Positions 1 to 12,725 of a DNA stretch of 64,000 nt are shown in pieces. Position numbers and translations under genes: made by a program. The notes below the pieces were generated by a model that was not told where the DNA came from, searched no databases, and worked only from the letters and a program-made list of their open reading frames with translations. Each line of letters starts with the position of its first letter. The first letter of the stretch is position 1. The stretch is from Octopus vulgaris (taxonomy: Eukaryota), in contig OX597837.1 of NCBI GenBank assembly GCA_951406725.2, positions 34,472,001 through 34,536,000 of the forward strand, written 5' to 3'.

Positions 1-204
1 ACTGCTGCTAGAATCCCATCGACAGCAGTTATACCTGTTAGACTATACAAGATATCAGGTGAGACTCGTCGATGACTCACCAGCACCGAGATAGACGGTT
101 AATGAAATAGGGGAAGGGACGTAACTTTGTAAGGATTATAATAAGGGTTATTTCCCTTATTTTGCATGCTTTTTTTTTTTTCAAAATGCTGGTGACTTTG
201 ATAT

Positions 205-592
205 TCATTTGTTTGTCGTTTGATTGCGGCCATGCTGGAGCACCGCCTTTAATCGAGCAAATCGACCCCCAGCACTTATTCTTTCTAAGCCTAGTACTTA
301 TTCTATCGGCCTCTTTTGCCAAACCGCTAAGTTACGAGGACGTAAACAGACCAGCATCTGTTGTCAAGTGATGTTGAGGGAACACACACACAAACACACA
401 TGTATATTTATCCATCTACCCATCCATCTACACCTGATGGGTTTCTTTCAGTTTTACTAAATTCATTCACAAAGCTTTGGTCATCTTGAGGCTATCGTAG
501 AAGACACTGGCTCAGGGTGCCACGTGGTGGGACTGAACCCAGAACCAAGTGGTTGGGAAGCAAGCTTCTTATCACACAGCCACTCCTGCGCC
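205..592 (-). mobile_element. tRNA-derived SINE family A (older copy)
   Basis: Head GGCGCAGGAGTGGCTGTG..GGGTTCAGTCCC; matches many copies in the window. Confidence 0.8.
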
Positions 593-682
593 TGTGATAT
601 GTAAATACTTTCGATATAAAATATGAAATATCACCATTGTGTAGATTTATGATAGTTAAATGATGGTTTGACAGGAGCTGGC

Positions 683-936
683 CCCCGTGCCGGTGGCACG
701 TAAAAAGCATGATCTGATCGTGACCGTTTGCCAGCTTCGTCTGGCACCTGTGCCTGTGGCACGTAAAAAGCACCCACTACACTCATGGAGTGGTTGGCGT
801 TAGGAAGGGCATCCAGCTGTAGAAACACTGCCAGATCAGACTGGGCCTGGCGCAGCCTTCTGGCTTCCCAGACCCCGGTCGAACTGTTCAACCCATGCTA
901 GCATGGAAAACGGACATAAAACGATGATGATGATGA
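683..936 (+). mobile_element. (GAT)n-tailed, probably RTE-dependent retroelement family B
   Basis: GGTTGGCGTTAGGAAGGGCATCCAGCTGTAGAAAC core and (GAT)n tail. Further copies at about 1207-1420, 4735-5000, 5263-5540, 6309-6825, 14810-15200, 23953-24258, 43814-43980 and 63958-64000 (all minus). Confidence 0.75.
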
Positions 937-959
937 AATGATAATATATCTGGATATAG

Positions 960-2080
960 ACTGGACAGTGGGATGGCTGTGACTCTGTTTCAAGTTGGAG
1001 CCCATTGCATGATTGTTCTCTCAAGCATGAACACAACGGATGAGGCTGAGGACTCATTTGTGTGGCTATGAGGCAGTGACTGATGCCTGTTGCAGTTGGT
1101 GTTACAATATTGTTTCGGTGACCCTTCATATGTCCTCTCAGTCCATTTCCTGTCACGTATTTTCTCTCACATTCCCTACAAGTAGAGATGTATAATGTTT
1201 AGTATATATCATCATCGTTTAACGTCCGTTCTCCATGCTAGCATGGGTTGGACGGTTCGACCAGGGTCTGGGAAGCCAGAAGGCTGCATCGGGCTCCAAT
1301 CTACTCTGGCAGTGTTTCTACAGCTGGATGCCCTTTCTAATGCCAACCACTCCGAGAGTGTAGTGGATGCTTTTTACGTGCCACCGGAACAGGTGCCAGG
1401 CTTTTTACGTGCCATCGGCATATATATTTACATGTGTGTGTTGTTTCTCTGACTTCTAAGTCCTGACTTCACTTAGCCATGCCCACCACCACTGCATGTT
1501 AAATTGGGTAGGATACTGTGTTTGATGGTAGATCTTCATATCTGACGGGTCATGAGGAAGAGTGGCACATCTACACACAGAGTTGAGGCAGTGGTTGCAA
1601 GTGCCATTCAGTACCCTCGCTGCAGGGATTTCCTTTCTACCTGCACTCTGTAGTTTTAACATGAGTCACTCCACACAATCCAGTCCAACTCTTTCGAATT
1701 GGAAGCCTGGTCACAGTGGCTCAGTGGATTAAGATGGTTGCAGTGGTGAAGTCATCGTATGTATGACTTCTAACTGCGTTTGGTCGTGGTCTGGTTCAGG
1801 AGTTCCAGGGTCTTGATGTGTGTGTAACCACTTCTCAGCCACTGTTATTCCTAGGTCTACTCTAACCCAGAGTTGTAGCACCACTATGGCATATTATTGG
1901 AAGGAACTCTAAGCACAAACTCTCACTGCCCTGTGAGTGCCTTGGGAAAGGAAAAGGTTAGGTGAATCAACCTCAACAGGAAATCAATAGTTGGAGTCCC
2001 CAGGTTGTCCAGAGCCCTCTTTAGGATCTTTCCAGCAATTCCTGGGTAGGTGGCACTCTCCAGCTTTGTAAGGCTTCTCT
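960..2080 (-). mobile_element. Possible decayed RTE LINE 5'UTR/endonuclease region split by a family B element
   Basis: Weak peptide echoes (NGLR..NNIV; CVDVP..LPHDPSD..YHQ) of APE endonuclease motifs. Confidence 0.3.
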
Positions 2081-2100
2081 AGTATGTATATATACATATA

Positions 2101-2404
2101 CTAGCAGTATCGCCTGGCGTTGCTTGGGTTTGTAAGAGAAATAACTATATAAGCATTTTTAGAGAGTTACTTCCCTTATATAAACCGAGCAAAAAATGCA
2201 TTAAAAATGCGGAAAAATTATGGTAAATTTTTTTTAAATCGTAGACTCATCGTAGACACACGCTAATACCCAGAAGGGCTCGATATGAATCACAACTATA
2301 AGATACCCGCTTTTGGTTAAACTGCACCACAAAATGTGGGAGTAGTTAGGAATCTAAATCGGAGTAGACAGACACTCGCACAACTTCAGTTTTATATATA
2401 AAGA
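2101..2404 (-). mobile_element. Non-autonomous Helitron
   Basis: 5' TC, 3' GC-rich hairpin then CTAG; inserted between A and T; four copies in the window. Confidence 0.75.
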
Positions 2405-2407
2405 TAT

Positions 2408-2622
2408 GTGAAGGGGTGTTAAGTTCTTGGTTTTAGTGGTATTGAAAAGGCCTGGTTGAAGGCCCAACCTTCTGAGTTATTTTACAGGACTTAGAAAAAC
2501 TGAAGGACCACTGCAATAAATGTGTGAATCTGAGAGTCGAATATGTTGGATAAAATCATAATTAATTGATCCTCCTGTATTTTCTTTTATCCAAAGCCAG
2601 GAACTTTTCAGTGTCCCATCCT
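2408..2622 (+). mobile_element. Mariner MITE carrying the transposase C-terminus
   Basis: Ends gccaggaacttttcag; LEKLKDHCNKCVNLRVEYV remnant; related copy at 35563-35731. Confidence 0.6.
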
Positions 2623-2770
2623 ATATACTGATGATGAGCAGTACAATAGCCTATTGAATCATTTATATCCCTGTATATACCCAAGTGTGTATATAGACAC
2701 ATGATTACACATAACTGGAAATTCATCATCATCATTTAACATCCATTTTCCATGCGGCTATAGTATAGAT

Positions 2771-2955
2771 CAGTGGTTCACAACCCTTTTTTAATATCTG
2801 GGCCAGATCCAAAATCTGGATTTTTCTTTTTAGGTGGCCCAAACCCTAAAAAAGTAAAACATAAGTCACTTAAAGTGTGATTTATGATATTTATAGAGGG
2901 AAGAGCATCAGGGGTCAGTGGAAGGATGCTTGGGCCCCACAGTTGAGAATCGCTG
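2771..2955. mobile_element. hAT-type MITE
   Basis: cagtggttcacaac / gttgagaatcgctg ends; 8-bp TSD gtatagat/gtttagat. Confidence 0.65.
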
Positions 2956-3662
2956 GTTTAGATGGTTTGTTAATACCCAACAGGTCAGAGGACCATGACC
3001 TCCACCATTCGCAACACTGGCATGGTTTTTAAGGCTGGATGCTGCCCTTCTTAACACCAACCACTTAACAACATGTACTGACTGCTTTTTTAGTCATGGA
3101 ATCAACACTAGTGAGGTCACCAAGTTACTTGGAAGACTATGAAGCCTGAAGGAGGCAGCTTTATGCTAGGAGATAATGATGAGAGAAGGGGCCAGATAGA
3201 TGTCAACAAGTTGTGCCTAATATGATGTTTTCCATGCTGTCATGGGTTGGCTGGTTTGACAGGAGCTGGTCAGTTGGAGTATTGCATGAAGCCCCAATTG
3301 TCTCTCTTGGCATGGTCCCTACAGCTGGATACCCTTCATAAAACCAGCCACTTTATAGAGTGGACTGGGTGCTTTTTCTGTATGAATTACAAATGCAAAA
3401 TGCTGTAAAAGCTTGAGGTGTGGAGCATGGTGGGGTGGTTTCTGTTAACCCAGTATGATGATGGTAGTGTGTGAATGGGCAGATACTCCATCACATCAAA
3501 ATAATTGTGTTACTCTGTAGATGTGATCATAATTGATGTATGATACATGGGTAGTGTGGGCCACCCTAATAATCCAATATAAAATTGTGGAAAGCCTCGG
3601 GTCTGTGTTGGTGTTTTGCTTTTCAATGTGGAAATCGATTGTTGTAGCAAATTAGCTGTTTT

Positions 3663-3932
3663 ACAGTTCTATATTTAAGAGATGAGGAATTCTGTACATT
3701 ATTTACATTATTTACATTTGACGGATATTTGTCCTCATCTTGTTTGTTGTTAACACAATGTTTCGGCTGATACACCCTCCAGCGTTCATCCGATGTCTTG
3801 AGGAAATTTCGAATCTGGGTTCTTGTTCTTAAGGTATTTTTTTATATTATTATTGTTCAGGTCACTGACTGGAATCGAACTCAGAATCTTGGGTTTAGTA
3901 GCCAGTGCTCTTAACCACTATGCCATATGCCC
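3663..3932 (-). mobile_element. tRNA-headed SINE with hammerhead-like Penelope-type body (family H)
   Basis: Reverse complement of 3963-4200; A/B boxes; decayed hammerhead motif. Confidence 0.75.
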
Positions 3933-3962
3933 GTGTTCTTAACCACTACGCCATATGTCCAC

Positions 3963-4200
3963 AGGCATATGGCGTAGTGGTTAAGAGCATGGGCTACTAA
4001 CCCCAAGATTCTGAGTTCGATTCCAGGCAGTGACCTGAATAATGATTATAATATAGAAAAATACCTTCGGAATGAGAACCCAGGTTTGAAATTTCCCCAA
4101 GGCACCTGATGAAGGCTGGAGGGTATATCAGTGAAAACGTTGTGTTAACAATAAACAAGATGAGGACAAATATCCGTCAAATGCAAATAATGTAAATTAA
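3963..4200 (+). mobile_element. tRNA-headed SINE family H
   Basis: A box TGGCGTAGTGG, B box GAGTTCGATTCC, then CTGATGA-stem-AAACGTT motif. Confidence 0.75.
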
Positions 4201-4499
4201 CTGTTTCATACAAAATGCATAAAGTGGCTGGCATATGGATGGAGAAAGCTGAAGGTTTTGAGGTGCCTTTTGTTGCATCTTGTTGAGGAAGAATTGTCAA
4301 CCTCTCTGGTGTTGGTGCTTATAGAAAATACATCAAGTGCATTCTGTGAAGTGGTTAGTGGTTAGCAAAATGATGCATATAAGCAGCAGCTTATGGGGGT
4401 AGTGGGTGGTTTTCAAAAGGAAATGGCTGAGACTATAACAACCTGTCTACCCCTCCAAACCAGCCTGGAAAGTGGGTGTAAAATGAGGATGACACAGTA

Positions 4500-4724
4500 T
4501 ACAAGGGTGGACAAAAGTAGGTCTGCAGTTGCTTAATGAGTGGAATGGTCTTTTCATTTCTGTGTATAACAAATATCTGAAATCGGGAATAATTATTTTA
4601 TAATTAGAAAGAATTAATGAAGAAGAAAAGAATCATAAAATTCTTATCCTACAAAAAGAAAGAGAAATGAAAAGAACAATCCACTCAGATTAAGCAGCTA
4701 TACTCCTACTTTTGCCTACCCCTG
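4500..4724. mobile_element. Tc1-like MITE
   Basis: Inverted ends caagggtggacaaaagtagg...gcttaatgagtgga / tccactcagattaagc...cctacttttgcctacccctg. Confidence 0.55.
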
Positions 4725-5128
4725 TGTCTATGTCATCATTATCATCATCATTTAACATCTGCTGTCCATGCTGGCATGGGTTGGATGGTTTAACTAGGGC
4801 TGACATGCTTGAAGGCTGCACTAGATCCCAGTCTGATTTGGTATGGTTTTCTATGGCTGGATGTCCTTCTTAACACCAACCACTCTGAGAGGTGTACTGG
4901 GTGCTTTCATGTGCCACTGGTGTAACACCATGGTGTGTTTATGTGCCATCGGCATGGATGCCAATTTGTGTGATACTGGTATTTGCCATGACTGCAATTT
5001 TGCTCGGCTTGATGGGTCTTCTTTGCAGACATAATGCCAAAGGTCTCGGTCTATGTGTGTGTGTGTATGTGTGCCATGATCGTTAGCCACTACACACATT
5101 TTTTTCTCTCCTTGTTTCTCACTGTGTA

Positions 5129-5166
5129 TCTTTCTGTAGAAGAGCGTAGGCTCGAAACGTAAAAGA
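5129..5166 (+). ncRNA. Minimal type I hammerhead-like motif with variant core, in a Penelope-like repeat (about 5086-5260)
   Basis: UCUUU-CUGUAGA-A-GAGC(GUAG)GCUC-GAAA-CG-UA-AAAGA: perfect stems I and II, but A6 is replaced by U. Confidence 0.5.
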
Positions 5167-5624
5167 CTTTTTCTATTCCTGAGCGCTATACTAATACATT
5201 TGTTTGTTTTGTACACCACCTGCCTTCGTCTTTTCTTGTTTTTCATAAACTTTCCCTTTATATATCATCATCATCATCATCATCGTTTAGCGTCCGCTTT
5301 CCATGCTAGCATGGGTTGGACGGTTCAACTGGGGTCTGTGAAGCTGGAAGGCTTCGTCAGGCCCAGTCAGATCTGGCAGTGTTTCTACGGCTGGATGCCC
5401 TTCCTAACGCCAACCACTCCGTGAGTGTAGTGGGTGTTTTTTAGGTGCCACCTGCACAGGTGCCAGACAGAGCTGGCAAACGGCCACGAATGGACGGTGC
5501 TTTTACATGTCACCGGCACGGGGGCCAGGCGAGGCTGGCATATATATATATATATATATATTAAATGTGTGTGTGTGTGTCTGAAAGGATGAAAGGCAAA
5601 GTTGACCTCAGTGAATAATAATAA

Positions 5625-6007
5625 TTACCGCACTGTCGGTTACAATGATGAGGGTTCCAGTTGATCCGATCAATGGAACAGCCTGCTTGTGAAATTAACC
5701 TACAAGTGGCTGAGCACTCCAGAGACACGTGTACCCTTAACGCAGTTCTCAAGGAGATTCAGCATGGCACAAAGTGTGACAAGGTTGGCCCTTTTGAAAT
5801 ACAGGCACAACAGAAACAAGAAGAAAGAGTGAAAGAAAGTTGTGGTGAAAGAGTACAGCAGGGTTCGCCACCACCCCCTGCTGGAGCCTCGTGAAGCTTT
5901 AAGTGTTTGCGCTCAATAAACACTCACAATGCCCGGTCTGGGAATTGAAACCATGATCCTACAACCGCGTGTCTGCTGCCCTAACCACTGGGCCATTGTG
6001 CCTCCAC

Positions 6008-6008
<1 letters not shown>
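5625..6008 (-). mobile_element. tRNA-derived SINE family C
   Basis: Head GTGGAGGCACAATGGCCCAGTGGTTAGGG..GGTTTCAATTCCC; related pieces at 35215-35507 and 20850-21020. Confidence 0.7.
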
Positions 6009-6039
<31 letters not shown>

Positions 6040-6822
6040 AGTGCCCTATTCCTGTCATTAGAAAGCTCCCATTAACTCCTCTCGTCCTCATCCTTACCTA
6101 AATGTGTCAGAGCAGCAACGGAAACCTTGAAGTTGTATTTTAAACCCTTATATTACAACTGGTCCGATCCTTTGGCCAACCATTTTTATGGGAGAAAAAA
6201 GACAAAGGTCACTCCCTTCAAGAGTACACACACACACATCATCATCATGGTCATGGTGCAAAGACTGAAACCTGTAAAAACCAATAGAAGAATAAAATGG
6301 ATGTATATATCATCATCATCATCATTTAACGTCCCTTTTCCATGCTGGCATGGGTTGGACAGTTTGACGGGCTGGCCAGCTGAAGGGCTGTACCAGGCTC
6401 CAGTGTCTGTTTTGGCATGGTTTCTATGGCTGGATGCCCTTCCTAATGCCAACCACTTTACAGAATATACTGAGTGCTTTATACGTGGCACCAGCAAGGA
6501 TGCTTTTTATGTAGCATATGTATGTATATATGTATGTATGTATATATATATATATATATATCATCTTCATCATCATTTAGCGTCCGTTTTCCATGCTAGC
6601 ATGGGTTGGACGGTTCAACTGGGGTCTCTGAAGCCAGAAGGCTGCATCAGGCCCAGTCAGATCTGACAGTGTTTCTACGGCTGGATGCCCTTCCTAACGC
6701 CAACCACTCCGTGAGTGTAGTGGGTGCTTTTTACGTGCCACCCGCACAGGTGCCAGGCAAGGCTGGCAACGGACACGAACGGGTGGTGCTTTTACGTGCC
6801 ACCGGCACGGGGCTAGGCGAGG

Positions 6823-6861
<39 letters not shown>

Positions 6862-6969
6862 CATGTGTGTGTGCCCTCCCCATTCACAAAAACACCTCTT
6901 TTTTCTCAGTCTGTATGAGGGTGTATAGCTAAATGTGTGTGTGTGTGTGTGTGTATATATAAAAATATA

Positions 6970-8240
6970 CGTGGTTGATCAATAATTATCCAGGCTGTTG
7001 CCATAGTAACGAAGGTAAAGCACACAGAATGAAGCCACTTGGCACAGATTGACCTTGTGCACGTACACTAGCATCCTAGTTCACTTCCACTGTTTACAGC
7101 AATGCTTGGAAGGAACATGTGTAATGTGTGATTGTTGCATTGACAGACAAAGTTGAGCAAAGACTCTGCATCAAATTTTGCCAAAAGCTTGGCAATACTT
7201 GCCGAGAGAACTATGCAAAGTTTTCAAAAGATTTTCATTGTTCTCGACACAATCAAGGGGATCTTGTGTAACTGAAACCTGAGTGATTTTTTTGGTCAGC
7301 TGAAAGCAGTTTTGACACAAACTTTGCAGACACAGGTCTCATACCGAAATCCTCAGTGATAATGGACTAAACTGAACTGTGACTAAACTGCACATCCTCT
7401 CTTTCTCTTTTACTCTTTTACTTGTTTCAGTCATTTGACTGCAGCCATGCTGGAGCACCGCCTTTAGTCGAGCAAATCGACCCCGAGACTTATTCTTTGT
7501 AAGGCCAGTACTTATTCTATCAGTCTCTTTTGCCGAACCACTAAGTGACGGGGACGTAAACACACCAGCATTGGTTGTCAAGCAATGTTGGGAGGACAAA
7601 CACAAACACACACATATACATATATACATATGTATATATACATATATACGACAGGCTTCTTTCAGTTTCCGTCTACCAAATCCACTCACAAGGCATTGGT
7701 CGGCCCAGGGCTATAGCAGAAGACACTTGCCCAAGATGCCACGCAGTGGGACTGAACCCGGAACCATGTGGTTGGTTAGTAAGCTACTTACCACACAGCC
7801 ACTCCTGCGACTCTGATAACTCATGAATGGTGATTCAACGATTTCCCCTCACAGCTGCATGCACATCTGTTCTACTGGTTGTGGGTCTTCCAGAACGTTT
7901 GTCAATATCAACATTTTTTCAGCCATCCTGGAAATGTCTGAACCACTTGTACACTCATGTGTGGCTCAAACACTCCTCTCCATACACTTTCTGCAACTTT
8001 GTGTAGGCCTCTGAGTAGGTATCACCATGACAACTTCCTCTGTCATGGGCAATGCGACAATCACATGCTACACACCTTCCTTCCAAGCACTGCTGTAAAG
8101 AGGACAAGTGAGCTAGAACGTTAAAACTTAGAGTGCATTCACAGCAGAGTTAAAGGTCAATCTTTTCCAAGCAGCTTTACTCTGCATGCTTTGGCTTCGT
8201 TACTATGGCAACAGTCCAGATACTTATTGATCAGACCTCA
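6970..8240. mobile_element. Mariner-derived fold-back non-autonomous element, split by a SINE
   Basis: TA-flanked long inverted ends. Transposase N-terminal remnants: EQRLCIKFCQKLG (+), and KVYGEECLS..VYKWFRHF..RSGRP..IITEDFGMRPVSAKFVSKLL (-). Confidence 0.8.
7400..7809 (-). mobile_element. SINE family A
   Basis: Full length, (AAAAGAGT)n tail; interrupts the mariner remnant. Confidence 0.85.
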
Positions 8241-8297
8241 TATAAGTGTGTGTGTGTATATATATATAATATATGAACATGTATGTGTGTATATATA

Positions 8298-8333
<36 letters not shown>

Positions 8334-8337
<4 letters not shown>

Positions 8338-8632
8338 CAGTATCGCCTGGCGTTGCTCGGGTTTGTAAGGGAAATAACTATATAAGCATTTTTAGAGAGT
8401 TACTTCCCTTATATAAACCAAGCAAAAAATGCATTAAAAAAACGAAAAAATGATGGTAAATTTTTTTTAAATCGTAGACTCATCGTAGACGCGCGCTAAT
8501 ACCCAGAAGGGCTCAATATGAATCACGACTATAAGATACCCGCTTTTGGTTACACTGCACCGCAAAATGTGGGAGTAGTTAGGAATCTAAATCGGAGGAG
8601 ACAGACTCTCACACAACTTCAGTTTTATATAT
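8334..8632 (-). mobile_element. Non-autonomous Helitron (same family)
   Basis: High similarity to 2101-2404; sits in a (TA)n tract. Confidence 0.7.
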
Positions 8633-9184
8633 GCATGTGTATAAAATCAATCTCAGAAAGGCCAGTGGCACAGCAGTGTGTTTTGGGTTGGGGCTTGTAG
8701 TGTCACATACAGATGGCATTGTTGTAAGTTGCATACAATTAAGGCATTCAGTTAGTAAAAATAAATTAGTAATTAAAAAAAAAAAAAAATAATAATCTGC
8801 ATGAAAGAAATAATATATTTTTTTACAAAATGGCGAGATTTTAGAGAAAAAAAATTCCACAGATTTAAACATTTTTGTTTTCTTGCTTTATTTCTCATTT
8901 ATAGGCGACAAGTTTTCGGCTGAAATAGAAGATGACCAGTGACATTTGGTGTGTGTGTGTGTGTGTGTCTGTCTGTGTGTCTTTTTCATGTTAAAACTAC
9001 GGTTCATATATATTACATTTGAGCGTCCTCTTACTTGTAAAGTAGGAGCAGAACAGTTTTTTTCATTTTTTTTTGTTTTTTGCTTCATCTTTTTGTCAGT
9101 TAAGTAGACTGAGGCAAGCAGAGTTATGGTTCTTGTTTCTAAAATTCACTACAGCAAAATGGCTGTCACAAGAATAGCATTATT

Positions 9185-9215
<31 letters not shown>

Positions 9216-9519
9216 ATATATATACATACATACATACGTGTACAAACATACATTCACTCATCTACATATATATATATATATATAAATAACAACACATATA
9301 TACATACACATGGCCTGCTCGCTTAGCCAGCGGGGTGGCGTCATTCGAAGGCTAAAACAATGCGACCGCATTGTGACCAGCGATGTGTAACAACGTCTGA
9401 TAGTCTGGTTGGTCACGTGATCACGTGATATACATACACATATACATACATGCACACATATTTGCATACAAACACACAGGCACTATCATCGTCATATATG
9501 TATATGTATGGATATGTGT

Positions 9520-9632
9520 ATATACATCAGCATATATATATACATATATATATACACATTTATATACATATATATATACACATTTATATATATATATATA
9601 TACACATTTATATATATATATATATACACATT

Positions 9633-9675
<43 letters not shown>

Positions 9676-9705
9676 TTATTTATATATATATATATATATA
9701 TACAC

Positions 9706-9739
<34 letters not shown>

Positions 9740-9903
9740 TTATATATATATATATATATACATTTATTTATATATATATATATATATATACATTTATTTA
9801 TATATATATATATATATATACATTTATTATATATATATATATATATACATTTATTATATATATATATATATATATACATTTATATATATATATATATATA
9901 TAC

Positions 9904-9943
<40 letters not shown>

Positions 9944-9948
9944 TTATT

Positions 9949-9993
<45 letters not shown>

Positions 9994-10018
9994 CATTTAT
10001 ATATCATCATCATCATTT

Positions 10019-10066
<48 letters not shown>

Positions 10067-10075
10067 ATAAATATA
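9520..10075. repeat. (TA)n microsatellite punctuated by CATTT
   Basis: Directly visible; source of the spurious IY-rich ORFs. Confidence 0.95.
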
Positions 10076-11302
10076 TGCATTTGTACATTAATATAAACGG
10101 TTTCTCAAAGAGTGGAATGTGCTGGGAAAATAGATGAAGACTGAGAGATTGCAAAGCGCAACAAAATTTCATTTTTGTTCAAAATATTTTCTCTATGTGT
10201 GTTGTGTGTGTTGTGTGTGTGTGTGTGTAGTGGGGGAACAAACGGAATCGTCTGTTACGTCTTGCCCCCCCACCTCCCACCCCTGAAAGAAGTCCTCTGC
10301 ACTCCTCCATTCTCTCCGGTTTTTACAGTGCCCCCTACAAGATGAGATAAGAAGGGAACAAAAAAAAAAAATATGAACTGTTATTGCATGAAATATCATT
10401 TCCTCTTTGCCATGACTACCACCACAGATAACAATCGGCAGAGAAACCCTTCCTCTTCTCACTACTTGATTCATTCTTTTTTTTGGTCGTCTCTGATTAA
10501 GGAAGAGTGATCAGGTTTTTCCCTCAAAAACACCAGAAAAAAATAAAGCAACAAAAAAAACAAACAAAAAAACAAAACCAAACCCCATCTCACTGCCTTC
10601 TTGAAATTTGGGGCGAGCCCCTATTTTGCACAAGCAAAAACAGTCATGTACTACCTTGTGAAATTTCTCTTGCTGGGGGCTTGGGAATAAATGGATGTCT
10701 CCTGGGGCTAAATTACAGCAACATTCGTCCTAAACCAGGACTGCCACGTTATGTTGGCAAACAATCTTTACTCCAAAGTACTGTGGCTGAATATCTCACA
10801 TTGTGAGATTTAAAAATAGTAATTTTTTAATAAATGGATGTATTTGAATTATTCAAATATATTGAAGTATTCACCAGACAATTTTCTGGGGCGGTTTTTT
10901 ATCCCCTTCTTGTCTGTCTGTCCGCTTTATTATTTTTTTGAAAGAAAAGCAAAAAAAAAAAAAAAACAGGAGAATAATAAAAACAAAAGTAGCCAGCCAT
11001 GACATTCACAACCTTCCCCAGGCAGAAAAAAAAGAAGATCCGTTTTTAGAGTTCTTAATAATTATCACCTGCAGTAAAGCACCAATTTTTTAAAAAATTA
11101 ACCCTTTAACTCTGAAATTAAATTTCAGTGTTATTCCAGGATTTGATGCTAAATATCTACCAAAAAAAGAAAGAAAGAAAGAAAGAAAGAAAATTGGTAT
11201 TTTCTGCATCAATAAACTTGACATATCACGAAAGCAAAAATAGTTTCAAACGTGACATTCCTCAACAAAAGATGGATTGGTCTATAAAACTGCTCTCTGC
11301 TG

Positions 11303-12725
11303 TTAACCCTTTCGTTACCAACCCGGCTGAAACTGGCCTTGGCTCTGCAGTACAAATGACTTGTTTATAAAAGTTTTGAATTAAAATCTTCCACCAAACC
11401 TTAGTCACAATTTATGTTCCTAACACTAGCTGAATGATAACTAAGTTATTTTACTAAATTTTTTGTTATATTTAAAGTAATTGAAAGAAACACAGGGCAT
11501 CTCAACAGAAATGTGGTAACAAAAGGGTTAATCTTTTTCGCTCTGTGGTAATTTCCACAGGTCCCATTAGTATTGACGATGAAGATACAAAAGTTGAAGA
11601 TGACCTCAACAGCAATAAAATCATTCTTTCTTTCTTAAATAGCTTCTCTTAACCCTTCCATTACCAACCTGGCTGAAACCACTTCTGGTTCTGTAGTACA
11701 AATGTCTTGTTTCCATAACTTTTGAATCAAAATCTCCCACCAAACCTTGGTCACAATTTATGTTCCTAGCATTAGCTGAATGATAACTAAGTTATTTTAC
11801 TAAATTCTTTGTTATATTTAAAGTAATTGAAAACAACACAGAGCATCTCAAAATAAATACAGTAACAGAAGGGTAATGAAATTTTAAGTAGATACATCTG
11901 ATTTCTGCAGTAAATGGTTAAATCTTTTGATGTAGCAATTATTTTCTAGACTAATTAGCAGAGTATCACATTGATGCAGTGATGATGATGATGGTTCTTC
12001 TCCGAACACTTTATTTCTACCATATTCCTGTCCTAAACATTCTGCTTTTGTTTCAATTAGTTTTGAAGATAACGAACAATTTAGTAAAATACCTTTAATT
12101 ACTAGCCTAATGTTTGGAACACAAGTTAACAGGAAAATCTGATGAAAGGCTTTTAACCCTTTCGTTACTGTATTTATTTTGAGATGCTCTGTATTTCTTT
12201 CAATTACTTTAAATATAACAAAGAATTTAGTAAAATAACTTAGTTATCATTCAGCTAGTGTTAGGAACATATATTGTGACTAAGGTTTGGTGGAAGATTT
12301 TAATTCAAAACTTATGAAAACAAGACATTTGTACTACAGAACCAGAGGCGGTTTCAGCCAGGTTGGTAACGGAAGGGTTAAGAGAAGCTGTTTAAGAAAG
12401 GAAGAATGATTTTATTGCTGTTGAGGTCATCTTCAACTTTTGTATCTTCATCGTCAATACTAATGGGACCTGTGGAAATTCCACAGAGCGAAAAAGATTA
12501 ACCCTTTCGTTACCATATTTCTGTTGGGATGCTCTGTGTTTCTTTCAATTAATTTTAAATATAACAAAGAATTTAGTAAAATAACTCAGTTATTAAGCTG
12601 GTGTTAGGAACATAAATTGTGACTAAGGTTTGGTGGAATATTTTAATTCAAAAACTTATGAAAACAAGACATTTATACTACAGAGCCAGAGCCGGTTTTG
12701 GCCGGGTTGGTAACGAAAGGGTTAA
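11303..12725. mobile_element. Cluster of four piggyBac-type MITEs (11307-11527, 11653-11873, 12157-12377, 12502-12721) arranged as an inverted duplication
   Basis: TTAA|CCCTT...AAGGG|TTAA termini, ~220 bp, mutually similar. Confidence 0.8.

Noticed and set aside
2622-2670. CTGATGA-containing hammerhead candidate
   Set aside because: GAAA box and stem II are too degraded to call.
3963-4035. Bona fide tRNA gene
   Set aside because: A/B boxes are present, but there is no acceptor-stem pairing and it is always fused to the same SINE body.
9421-10137. 200+ aa Ile/Tyr-rich ORFs
   Set aside because: Translations of a (TA)n microsatellite that lacks stops.
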